The position numbers and the translations under genes were made by a program. 64,000 nt of DNA, from the NCBI GenBank assembly GCA_965240325.2, contig OZ251226.1, positions 1,550,001-1,614,000 on the forward strand, read 5' to 3'. Origin of the DNA: Rebecca billardiae RCC1528. Lineage: Eukaryota > Protista > Haptophyta. How positions within the stretch are numbered: the stretch's first letter is position 1; the number at the start of each line of letters is the position of its first letter. Below, piece after piece: positions 39,301 to 50,307 of this stretch. The notes under the pieces are model-generated. The model did no database searches. It was not told the DNA's origin and saw nothing but the letters and a program-made list of their open reading frames with translations.

Positions 39301-42300
39301 CGCCAACACTTGGCATTGTGGCCCGCCCATCCGCGGTGGCCGTCAACGCGCGTAGGATGCCCGCGGTCGCCTCCGGCAGCTGAAAGTTGATGTTCTCCTG
39401 GCCCGGTGCAGGTGCGTGCATGATGCGGCTCGGGTTCAACCCACTGATCTCCTCGAGCATCTCGTCGTGGTGGTCCGCGAAACGGTCGGCGCCGTGCATG
39501 TCGAGCGCGGTCGGCGGGATCGTCGCAGTCGTCTCGAGCGCCTGCTTCAGCAGCTCGTCCTCCGTCTTGCCCATCTCCGCCGGCAGACGCTCCTTGCGGT
39601 GCTTTGGCCCGACCCGCTCCGATGCGTGCTGCACCTGCACCTCCGACGGCAGCAGCTGCAGCAGCTGACCCAGCTTCGCCAACCGCTCCTTCAGGTCGCT
39701 CCCGCCGCCAACCTCGAACTGCACGCCAAAGCACAGGCGGTACACGCCGTTCGAGTCGTGCACCGGACGCATCGACAGCAGGTTCTGGAACGTCTCGCCG
39801 TTCTTGCGGTAGTTGGTGATCTTCACAAAGCAGTCTGCGCCGCGGCGGAGCGTGTCCTGGATGATCGCCACAGACGCCGGCTCCGTGCGCGGGCCCTGCA
39901 AGAACCGGCAGTTCCGACCCTGCGCCTCGTGCTTCGCAAAGCCCGTCACGCGGCAGAACTCGCGGTTCACAAACAGCATCGGGTTGCCCGGCATCGCCAT
40001 GTCCGACAGCACGATGCACGCCTTGAACGTCTCCGCGAACGCGACGAACGAGTGGATGAAGCCCGACAGGTCCTCCGGCACCTTGTACTTGTCCCAGATC
40101 AGCTCCTTGCGCTGCTTGATGCGCTGGCTGCCGACAGCAGCCTCGACGAGGGGCGCGCATGCTGCCGAGCGGACAAAGCGAGGCACGCAGTCGACAGCCA
40201 ACCGTCCTCGGACCTCGGCGACCTTGCTCTCGATGGCGTCCATGTCCATCGCCTTCGCCTGCGCGCTCGTCATCTTGAGGTACTTCTCGCAGATCTTGCG
40301 CTTGTGCGCGTCGCGCGAGCCGCCCTTCATGTTGGCCAGCTTGCGCGACTCGATCCAGAACTCGAGCTCGTTGTCCTCGCCGGTCTCCTTGAGGAACGAG
40401 CGGAACGCGGCGAGAGACGCAGCGTCGTCGGCCAAGCGCGCAAGTGTCGCATCGGCGTCGAGCGTCCACTGCAGCTTGGTGAAGAGCAGCTGCGCGTCGC
40501 GGAACTGCCTGTCCTTCGCCTCGTCGTCCACCGCTGCTTCGCGCGCGAAGCTCAGCGGCTGCGCAGACGCCGGCATGCGCCGCGGCAGCAGCTCGCGCAG
40601 CGCCGCCAGCGCCTTCTGCTCCCCCGCCGTCTGCAGCTCGAGGCACGACAGCACGCCCAACGAGTACCGGTACTCGCCGTTCGTGTCCATCACCGGCGTG
40701 AGCGACAGGTCGTTCGTGAAGCGAGAGCCGTCCTTGCGGTAGTTCGTCACCTGCACGTGCAGCTCCTTCTTCTTGCGCAGCGCGCGCACCATCTTCGACA
40801 CCATGTTCGGCTCCGTCCGGTCGCCCTGCAAGAAGCGGCAGTTCCGGCCCTCCGTGTCGTACTTTGGGTAGCCCGTCACGCGCGTGAAGCCGCCGTTGCA
40901 GTACATCACCGTCACGCCCGGCACCGTCATGTCCGTGATCGCAACCGCGAGCGGCAGCTGATCGACCGCCACCTTGAGCGCGCCGAGCCACGTGCCGTCG
41001 CCAACACTTGGCATTGTGGCCCGCCCATCCGCGGCGGCCGTCAACGCCCGTAGGATGCCCGTGGTCGCCTCCGGCAGCTGAAAGTCGATGTCCTCTCCCC
41101 GTGCAACTGCGTGGACGATGCGGCTCGGGTTCAACCCACTGATCTCCTCGAGCATCTCGTCGTGGTGGTCCGCGAAACGGTCGGCGCCGTGCATGTCGAG
41201 CGCGGTCGGCGGGATCGTCGCAGTCGTCTCGAGCGCCTGCTTCAGCAGCTCGTCCTCCGTCTTGCCCATCTCCGCCGGCAGACGCTCCTTGCGGTGCTTT
41301 GGCCCGACCCGCTCCGATGCGTGCTGCACCTGCACCTCCGACGGCAGCAGCTGCAGCAGCTGACCCAGCTTCGCCAACCGCTCCTTCAGGTCGCTCCCGC
41401 CGCCAACCTCGAACTGCACGCCAAAGCACAGGCGGTACACGCCGTTCGAGTCGTGCACCGGACGCATCGACAGCAGGTTCTGGAACGTCTCGCCGTTCTT
41501 GCGGTAGTTGGTGATCTTCACGAAGCAGTCCGCGCCGCGGCGGAGCGTGTCATGGATGATCGCCACAGACGCCGGCTCCGTGCGCGGGCCCTGCAAGAAG
41601 CGGCAGTTCCGACCCTGCGCCTCGTGCTTCGCAAAGCCCGTCACGCGGCAGAACTCGCGGTTCACAAACAGCATCGGGTTGCCCGGCATCGCCATGTCCG
41701 ACAGCACGATGCACGCCTTGAACGTCTCCGCGAACGCGACGAACGAGTGGATGAAGCCAGCCAGGTCCTCCGGAACCTTGTACTTGTCCCAGATCAGCTC
41801 CTTGCGCTGCTTGATGCGCTGGCTGCCGACAGCAGCCTCGACGAGGGGCGCGCATGCTGCCGAGCGGACAAAGCGAGGAACACAGTCGAAGGCCAACCGT
41901 CCTCGGACCTCGGCGACCTTGCTCTCGATGGCGTCCATGTCCATCGCCTTCGCCTGCGCGCTCGTCATCTTGAGGTACTTCTCGCAGATCTTGCGCTTGT
42001 GCGCGTCGCGCGAGCCGCCCTTCATGTTGGCCAGCTTGCGCGACTCGATCCAGAACTCGAGCTCGTTGTCCTCGCCGGTCTCCTTGAGGAACGAGCGGAA
42101 CGCGGCGAGAGACGCAGCGTCGTCGGCCAAGCGCGGGAGTGTCGCCTCCGTGTCGAGCGTCCACTGCAGCTTGGTGAAGAGCAACTGCGCGTCGCGGAAC
42201 TGCCTGTCCTTCGCCTCGTCGTCCACCGCTGCTTCGTGCGCGAAGCTCAGCGGCTGCGCCGACGCCGGCATGCATCGCGGCAGCAGCTGCCGCAGCGCCG

Positions 42301-45113
42301 ACAGCGCCTGCTGCTCCTCCGCCGTCTGCTCCTCCGCGCACGACAGCACGCCCAGCGAGTACCGGTACTCGCCGTTCGTGTCCATCACCGGCGTGAGCGA
42401 CAGGTCGTTTGTGAAGCGAGAGCCGTCCTTGCGGTAGTTCGTCACCTGCACGTGCAGCTCTGTCTTCCTGCGCAGCGCGCGGACCATCTGCGAGACGATG
42501 TTTGGCTCCGTCTGCTCGCCCTGCAAGAAGCGGCAGTTGCGGCCCTCGACCTCGAACTTGGCGTAGCCCGTCAGCCGCGCGAAGGCGTCGTTGCAGTACA
42601 TCACCTTCACGCCGGGCACGGTCATGTCCGTGATCGCCACCGCGATGGACAGCGGCTCGACCGCCGCCTTGAGCGCGCCGAGCCAGGTGCCGTCGCCCGC
42701 CTTGGCGGGCATCGAGCCGCGGCCCTCGCCCGCCCCGCACATCGCCTTCAAGGTGTCCACCGTCTGCTGCGGCAGGTGCTCGCGCGCCACGTCGCTTTGC
42801 TCATTGCCCGCCGAGGACTCGTCGTCATCGCGCTCGAAAGACGCGGCCATGTTGGTCGCCGCCATCACCTTGGTCGCCTCCTTGAGGTGCGTGCGCAGCG
42901 ACTCGAGCTCCTCGCTGCCCACCTCCGTCTGCAGCTGCCTCACGTCGCTCAGCCGGATCGCGCCGCGCTTCTTGGCGTCGAACACCTTGTGCAGGTTGGA
43001 CAGCACGAATGCCGTGTCGGCGAGGGCCTCGCGCATCCCCGAGAGGCTCCCCTTGGCGCTCGCGCTGGAGATGCTGCTCTTCGCGGTCCGCGCCGCGAGC
43101 AGGTTGACGAAGCGCTTCGAGCAGAAGAGCACGACGCAGCCGAGGTCGGAGATGAAGAAGGGCGCCGTCGACTCGGACGATGGCTGGATGTTCGTCATGC
43201 CGGCGAGCGCGTTGAGCGAGGCGGCGAGGATGCTCTGCGGGGCGGGCTGGGTCGAGCCGCGGCGGGCGAACGAGGCACCGTTGCTCGGCGCGATGCTGCC
43301 GCGCGCGCCCGCGCCTGCCTCACCGCCGGCTGCCTGCCCCTGCGTGCTGCCCCGCCGGCGCGGCGCCCCGCCGGCCAAGTGCTGGGTGACCGCAAAGAGC
43401 GAGCTGCCCTGGATGGAGCCGGAGCGGAGGAAGCGGCGGATGGCGAAGTCGCCGGTCGGCATGGGCGTGTCGTGCGGCGACGGGCTCGGCCGCCGTGGCG
43501 CGTTCGCGCCGGCGAATGATTTGAGTCCCGTGTAGATCTCGTCCATCACCGCGTTGGCGTCCACGTAGTCCAGGCCGACGTCGCGGAGCAGGATGTCCTC
43601 GAGCGCGAGCGCCTCCTGCCGCAGCCGCTCGTTGACGGGCAGCGAGTCGCGCGCCTCGGGCGAGAGCCGCTTGAGGAAGAGGTCGCGGAGCATCGAGATG
43701 CCCTCTTCCGCGCGCGGCATGCGGAGGATCGTGCGCACGAACAGCTTGGTCGCCTGCTCGGTGTCGTCATCATTCGCGTCGTGGCCGGAGCGGTCGGCGC
43801 CATCGTCGCTGTCCGAGCCCTCCGACTGGTCGGAGGCATCCTCGTACGAGTCGAGGTCGGACTGGCTGCCGCTGTCCGAGCCGCCCGCGTCCTTCGAGTA
43901 GTTGGCGATCCAGCTGTCCGTCGCCTTGTCCAGCATCCGCGCCAGGATCTTGGACGCCCTGGTGAACCTGTTCACGTCCTTGCTGAGCGACTTGAGGCTG
44001 ACGGTGATCGGCTGCCGCAGCGCCTGCTTGGTCTCGCGCAGCGCCATCCGCTTCTCGCCGTGCACCTTGAGCTTGCGGTCGATGCGGTACAGGTTGACCG
44101 TCTTGGCCTGGTCGAACGCCTCGCACAGCTCCTCGTCCTCGGCGTACCCATCGGGCAGGTGCGCTCCGCACATCTGCACGACCAGCGCGGCCGTGTCGAG
44201 GTTGCTCTCGAGCGCGGGCACGAGCGGCGACGCGCCCCAGCGGTCGAGCGCCATCACGTCCGCGCGCGCGGCGATGAGCACGGCTGCGGCGGAGATGGCG
44301 CCCGTCGACGCGACGCGGTGGAAGGCGGTGCGCCCGTCGTAGTCCGACGCGTCCACCTCCACGCCCATGTCGACGAGGAAGCGCAGGAAGTTGATGTCGG
44401 ACGTGGTGGCCGCGTGGAGCAGGGCCTTCTCCATGCGCACCGGGTCCGCGCGCGAGTTGGCCTCGGCGAGCATGCGCGCGACGTGGAGGTGCTGGTTCTG
44501 GATGGCGTCGTCGATCGGCTTGCGCCCGCGCTTGTCCTCCGCGTTCACGTCCGCGAGGTGCGACATCAGGTGCTCGACGACGCGCACGTTGCCCTCCGCC
44601 GCGGCGATGTGCAGCGCGGTGCGGTCGTCGTAGTTCTTTGCCTGCACGTCGATGCCGTACGCGAGGATCATCGACATGTACGTGAGGTCGCCGTCACTCG
44701 CCGCCTTGTGCATCCACGCGGCGGGGTGCTCGACGTCGATCTCCGCGCCGAAGCTGCTCAGCACGCTCGCCACGTTGTCGTGCCGGCTGTCGATCGCATC
44801 GCGCATCGGCGTGCAGCCCCAGCGGTCCTTGGCGTTGACGTCGGCGCCGAGCTCGCACAGCAGCTGCACCACCTTGAAGCTGCCGTCGGCGGCGGCGAGG
44901 TGCATCGTCGTGCGCGAGTCGTAGCCCGACATGTTCAGGTCGAAGCCGCGGTCGGCGAGCGTGCGCACGGTCTCCACGTCGCCCTGCATCGCCGCCGCCG
45001 ACATCTGCGCGAACGCCGCCTGGTTGCGCTCGATGATGGTCTGGCGGATCTTCTCCTTGAGCTCCTCCGCCTCCTCGTCCGCGTTCTTGGAGTCCTCCGC
45101 GTCCGCGCTGGCC

Positions 45114-45190
<77 letters not shown>

Positions 45191-47291
45191 AACGTAGCCG
45201 ATCTGCGTGATGTCGTTGCCGTGCTTGTCGAGCCCAAACTTGCGCAGCAGGCTCGACGTGATCATGTCGGCCTGGTCGGGGTACGACTGGATGATGTTCT
45301 CGTACTCGGAGACGGTGAGGGCGAGCAGCGTGACGTAGCCGGCGGAGGAGGCCATCACCGTGTACGGCTGGTGGATGCCGAGGAAGAAGGCGAGCTCGCC
45401 CACCACTTGGCCCGGCCCGAGGTCGGCGAGGATGGTCGCCACGTTCTCGTCGCCCTTGCGCACGTGGAGGGTGCCGCCGACGCACCACAGCAGCTCGGTC
45501 GCGCCCTCGCCCTGGAAGAAGAGAGGCTCTCCCGGCATGACGAAGCGCTCGCGCACGGCGAGGACGATCTGGCCGAGGAACTGCGGCGAGCAGCCGTACA
45601 GCACCCACGTGGCCTGCATCTCGCGCAGGTACTGCGCCGACGCGACCTGCGTGCGCAGCGAGGGCGGCAGCTGCTGGAACACCTTGCCCGAGCTGGACGA
45701 GCTCTTGTGGTGCTGCGCGGTGCCGACAGATGCGCGTGCCCAGGGCCAGGGCGGGGAGCGGAGCGTGTGAGCGCGCGCGCGGGGGGGCGCAGGCTGGCCG
45801 CGCAGCAAGGGGCGCGCGGCGCACCTGGAACTCGAAGTGCGCGCGCACGCGCCCCGCGAGCGCCGTCGGCAGCTTGTTGGCGCGCGTGTACCCGTCGACG
45901 GCCTTCATCAGCTCCTTGAAGTGGACGGTCGACTCGTCCACGCGCACGAGGTAGTGAAAGAGAGTACCGAGCACGAAGGCGTAGAAGACGATCTGCAGGA
46001 CCATGATGAAGATGGCGAAGGACGCCTCGGGCTCGCGCCCGGTGAGCTGCACCGAGCCGTAGCCCATCGACGTGATGCCCGCCCAGCCCATGTACGACGA
46101 GAGCAGGTACGCCTGCCAGCCCGCAGCCTGCGTCGGGTCAAAGTCGTCGTTGTGTGCCCACTGCGCAGGCCACGAGGGCAGCTTGAGCGCCTCGTCCGAG
46201 TCCACAGCGCGCTCGGAGAGGAGCCACCACACGCAGCTCACCCAGTGCGGCACCGAGACGAGCACGAGCGCGAACTTGAACGAGGCGAAGAAGGTGACGT
46301 TCGTCGTGAGGTCCGTGGACATGCGGTGCATGTGCTCGAGCAGGTCGTACACACGCGCGCAGCGCAGGACCTGCCCGAGCGTCCACACCCACTCGAAGTC
46401 GTTGATGATGTACAGCGCGCGCCCGACGTGCAGCACGCTGATCACCGCGATGTCGCGGAGCACGTGGCTCAGCGTGTACGCCGGGGGGGCGCCCTCGGCG
46501 GCCTGCTCCGTGGCGGGCGCCGGCTCGCGGCACGTCTTGGCGATGTAGAGCAGCTCGTACCCGTCGATCACGATGTCGACCAGGATGCCCGCGGGGCTGG
46601 CGAGCAGCAAGGTCGGGAAGGCGACGCGCACGGGGATGAGCAGCTCCTCGCCCGCGAGGAACCAGAGGCGCGCGGCGCGGTACTTGCGCCACGAGCGCCG
46701 CTCCTCCGACGCAGCGGCGCGGGCCATCAGCCCCAGCGCGTCCTCGGCGCCCGACTCCTCCGCCGCCGCGCGCTCCTCGTCGTTGCCCACGAGGACGGCA
46801 CGCCAGGTCACGCGGCGCTCGCGTGGGCTCGAGGCGCTTGTGCTCGAAGGCTCGTCACGCGCACCCGCGCGCCTCCCGGCGTCTGGCGAGGTCGCGTCCT
46901 CCGCGCTCGAGTTGCGCAGGATGCCCTTCACCTGCGGCGACGGCGGAAGTGGCGACAGCCGTGAGGATGCCGAACCTCGCCCGGGCGGCGAGTCAGGGAG
47001 CCGCATAGCGCCCGCCTTCCAGTTGGCCTGCTTCTTCCAGCTCGAGCCCAAACCACCTTCCCCTTCGCTCGTCGCCGCTCCGCGCGCGGACCGGCCGCCC
47101 ACGGACGTGCTGAGCGCCGCACGCACATTCGCAACAGCGCTGCGCGACGCCTCCGCGGCCCGATGCAGCGGGGCGTTCGAGCTCTGCGCCGTGGGTTGCG
47201 GCTTTGGCTGATCCCCGGTGGACACCAGCGCTGCGCGCTCCGCGCCCCGCCGACGTGGCGGAGGCGAGTAGTAGCCCGCCGGAGCAGACAT
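3312..47291 (-). CDS. Giant tandem two-module SKOR/GORK-like (CNBD-ankyrin) K+-channel-family protein with an internal array of 19 LOV-RGS-LOV units; about 14,518 aa; exons 47291-45825, 45712-5224, 5116-3822, 3727-3566, 3455-3312
   Basis: ORFs 44694..47420, 5057..45808, 3312..5165 and 3416..3727 join in frame through four GT...CAG introns (exon sum 43,557 nt = 14,519 codons including TAG). Motifs in order: pore TSMGYGS, CNBHD GELAFFLGIHQPYTV, ankyrins, 38 x GRNCRFLQG, 19 x ELEFW RGS-like, second 6TM with pore TSLGLT, CNBHD, ankyrins. Start ATG 47291 is the first in-frame ATG and is not confirmed. Confidence 0.88.
3456..3565 (-). other. Intron 4 of the giant gene (110 bp)
   Basis: AAC|GTGAGT ... 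CGACAG|GTG. Confidence 0.75.
3728..3821 (-). other. Intron 3 of the giant gene (94 bp)
   Basis: GAG|GTGCGC ... GAGCAG|ATG. Confidence 0.75.
4050..4925 (-). other. Ankyrin repeat block 2, followed by a C-terminal coiled-coil-like acidic region
   Basis: DRSGRRALHLAACGG, DHHNGTPLSDA, DQDKRTALHVAAASG, DRWGVTPLQDA, DAMGRTPLHVAAS, DSFGRTPLDDA. Confidence 0.92.
5117..5223 (-). other. Intron 2 of the giant gene (107 bp, phase 1)
   Basis: G|GTGAG ... GCGCAG|TG; joins CNBHD2 to the ankyrin ORF in frame. Confidence 0.8.
5270..5869 (-). other. C-linker and cyclic-nucleotide-binding homology domain 2
   Basis: VPADLKAKIEAFF, LPMSLQLEV, PESMVFRMGEVCSELLVIKSG, GTTVGGMAFTFNIRH, YKALTKTYP. Confidence 0.82.
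5870..6660 (-). other. Channel module 2 transmembrane region (S1-S6) with non-canonical filter TSLGLT at 5981-5998
   Basis: FETLFLYLTAWDAVIIPVSVCF (S1), IVADIFYLMRIALRFR (S2), FPLDCFACWP (S3), LRLLRMINMRYVR (S4), YTAHIGSCIW (S5), YLMCLYFVMTMLTSLGLT (pore), FFVVAMIVNMTVYAWTVGQISALV (S6). Confidence 0.87.
7700..42780 (-). repeat. In-frame tandem array of 19 LOV-A / RGS-like / LOV-B units; period 1686-2046 bp, mostly 1872 or 1890 bp
   Basis: Homologous marker positions 8061, 10107, 11979, 13869, 15759, 17631, 19521, 21411, 23301, 25191, 27081, 28953, 30825, 32715, 34563, 36249, 38115, 39813, 41508; every spacing is a multiple of 3; each unit has two GRNCRFLQG motifs. Confidence 0.96.
44160..45010 (-). 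other. Ankyrin repeat block 1
   Basis: YDSRTTMHLAAADG, DRWGCTPMRDA, YDDRTALHIAAAEG, DKRGRKPIDDA, DYDGRTAFHRVASTG, DRWGASPL. Confidence 0.92.
45116..45187 (-). repeat. (GGC)n microsatellite encoding 24 glycines, with one GGT interruption
   Basis: Direct read: gcc repeats 45116-45187 with acc at 45152. Confidence 0.95.
45275..45944 (-). other. C-linker and cyclic-nucleotide-binding homology domain 1 (spans intron 1)
   Basis: LPTALAGRVRAHFEFQ, LPPSLRTQV, PGEPLFFQGE, GQVVGELAFFLGIHQPYTV; QPYTV matches the plant SKOR/GORK form as I recall it. Confidence 0.85.
45713..45824 (-). other. Intron 1 of the giant gene (112 bp)
   Basis: CAG|GTGCGC ... GCGCAG|CAC; joins HFEFQ to HHKSS in frame and restores the C-linker. 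Confidence 0.85.
45945..46690 (-). other. Channel module 1 transmembrane region (S1-S6) with K+ signature TSMGYGS at 46053-46073
   Basis: Hydrophobic segments: S4-like QVLRCARVY, S5 LVSVPHWVSCVWWLL, pore helix YLLSSYMGWAGITSMGYGS, S6 FAIFIMVLQIVFYAFVLGTLF. Boundaries approximate. Confidence 0.85.
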
Positions 47292-48618
47292 CTCGTCACC
47301 CCGTGTCGGCAAGATGAGACGATCAGAATGGATGGAGGCACGTCCAAGATGAGCGCAGATCGTCGCGTAGGCGCGGCAGCGGCCCTTCGAACTCGGAAAA
47401 AACACGCGCGGGGGGCGCAATCATACGCGAATCGGATTAGTGATCAGTGCGGAGGCATTTCGGCGCCGATAGGGCTTCGTCAAGAGCGGGTAACACTGTA
47501 GGAGCTTCAGGAGCTTCTCAACGCGGTGTCTCGTCAATTCCCGACTCCTTCGTCTAAAACGATTCTTGTCGACCGCCCGAAGGTGTTCACTCACGAACGC
47601 TATGATGTCTATGGTACGAGGTAGTACTTGACGACTGTTTTGCACCCCACATACAATACGCGAGTCTTGCAAGTTCGAGCAAACAGCCAGCTAATTTACG
47701 GGTGTAAGTTTCTGTAACGACATTCGATCCGATAATTCGCATTTTTAATGCGGCGGGCCGGCGGCGGCGGTCGTGTCGTTTTCCGAAATTTGAGCCGGAG
47801 GCTGGTCTTGGTGATCGGCCGACGGTGCGCCGTGCGGACGCCGTTGCCGGCGTCGTCTTGAGCCTTAGGCGTAGTAGCTGCGTATTAGTCGATCCATTCG
47901 ACGATGCCGTGATGGGACCGCCAACTCACGGGCAACTCAAACTGGTGGCTCGCGGAACGGCGCATGCAGTATGCATATAATGCAACGGCGACCCGTCGAC
48001 CCGAGTCCCGACGCGGACCGTCACTCTCACTGCGCCCACGCGGCCACGGGAGTGATGACGGTAGTGGCACGGGATGACGGGTCACGGGACACGGCCGGAC
48101 GCGGGACGAGCCATTGCGCGGCGGCCCGGCGGCCCGCGCCCGATTCTTTTAGTTTATTATAATTGGCGGCGCATTTTGCCAACCGCGGCCCAGGCAACTT
48201 TTAAAATTAAATGGCTGTCTGGGCGTGTCTGGCTGACGCCAGTACGACGCCGACTCGCGACGGTGTCTGTCGGCGCGGACCGCCGGCTGGCGGCTTAGCT
48301 ACCCAACCGGAACTGTCTTGTGTAAGTCTCAAACTGTGAGAAGTTGAATTTGAGGCGGCAGCGTCCGCCGAGATCACGCAGCAGGACTCGCCACTCGGTC
48401 AGCGATGGCCTGCCGATGCCAGCAGTCCGCAGCTTCAAGCTGCGCCGCGCCTGACTCTGCAGTGGCAAACGCGGAAACTCGCCGATGCGGCGGCGCAGAC
48501 GCCGTGGCCTGCATGCGGCCATTCGCCCAGGCGTCGTCGTCGTCTGGCGATGGGCGGGCCGGCGGGTGGGCAGCCCCTCTGGTGTGGGGCGCCTACGGAC
48601 AGCCTACGGTCGGTCGGC

Positions 48619-50002
<1,384 letters not shown>

Positions 50003-50307
50003 CGGGTGATCGATCGGCCTGCCGCCGAACGGAGCGACCGATGTGACGAAACAGCACGTGCCAAAGCGGCAAAGCCCGTTGCTCTTGAAAGACCGGATGG
50101 AGGATGGACGTCCGCGTTGGTTCGCGCGCCCATGTCGCCCGGTCTTTTTTGGAAGCGCATCGATCATTTCTGCGTCACTGTCTTTCCGGCCGCTCGTCAA
50201 GTCGTCAGTCATTTCAAAATGCAAGTCCCCCATACTGCCAAGCGGGAGGAAGCGCGTGGCTATCTCGATCACCGCGGCCGGCGACTCACTGGCCGAGCGG
50301 GCGCGCA

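Noticed and set aside
7700-42780. Array as CRISPR, satellite or tandem transposon
   Set aside because: Units are ~1.9 kb in-frame protein domains with no spacers, terminal repeats, target-site duplications or transposase/RT motifs.
5057-45808. The 13,583-aa ORF taken as the complete gene
   Set aside because: Both ends run into intron sequence; splicing adds channel module 1 upstream and ankyrin block 2 downstream.
47420-47720. Lower-GC stretch upstream of the giant gene as a tRNA or ncRNA
   Set aside because: No cloverleaf, T-loop or recognisable snRNA motif seen by eye.
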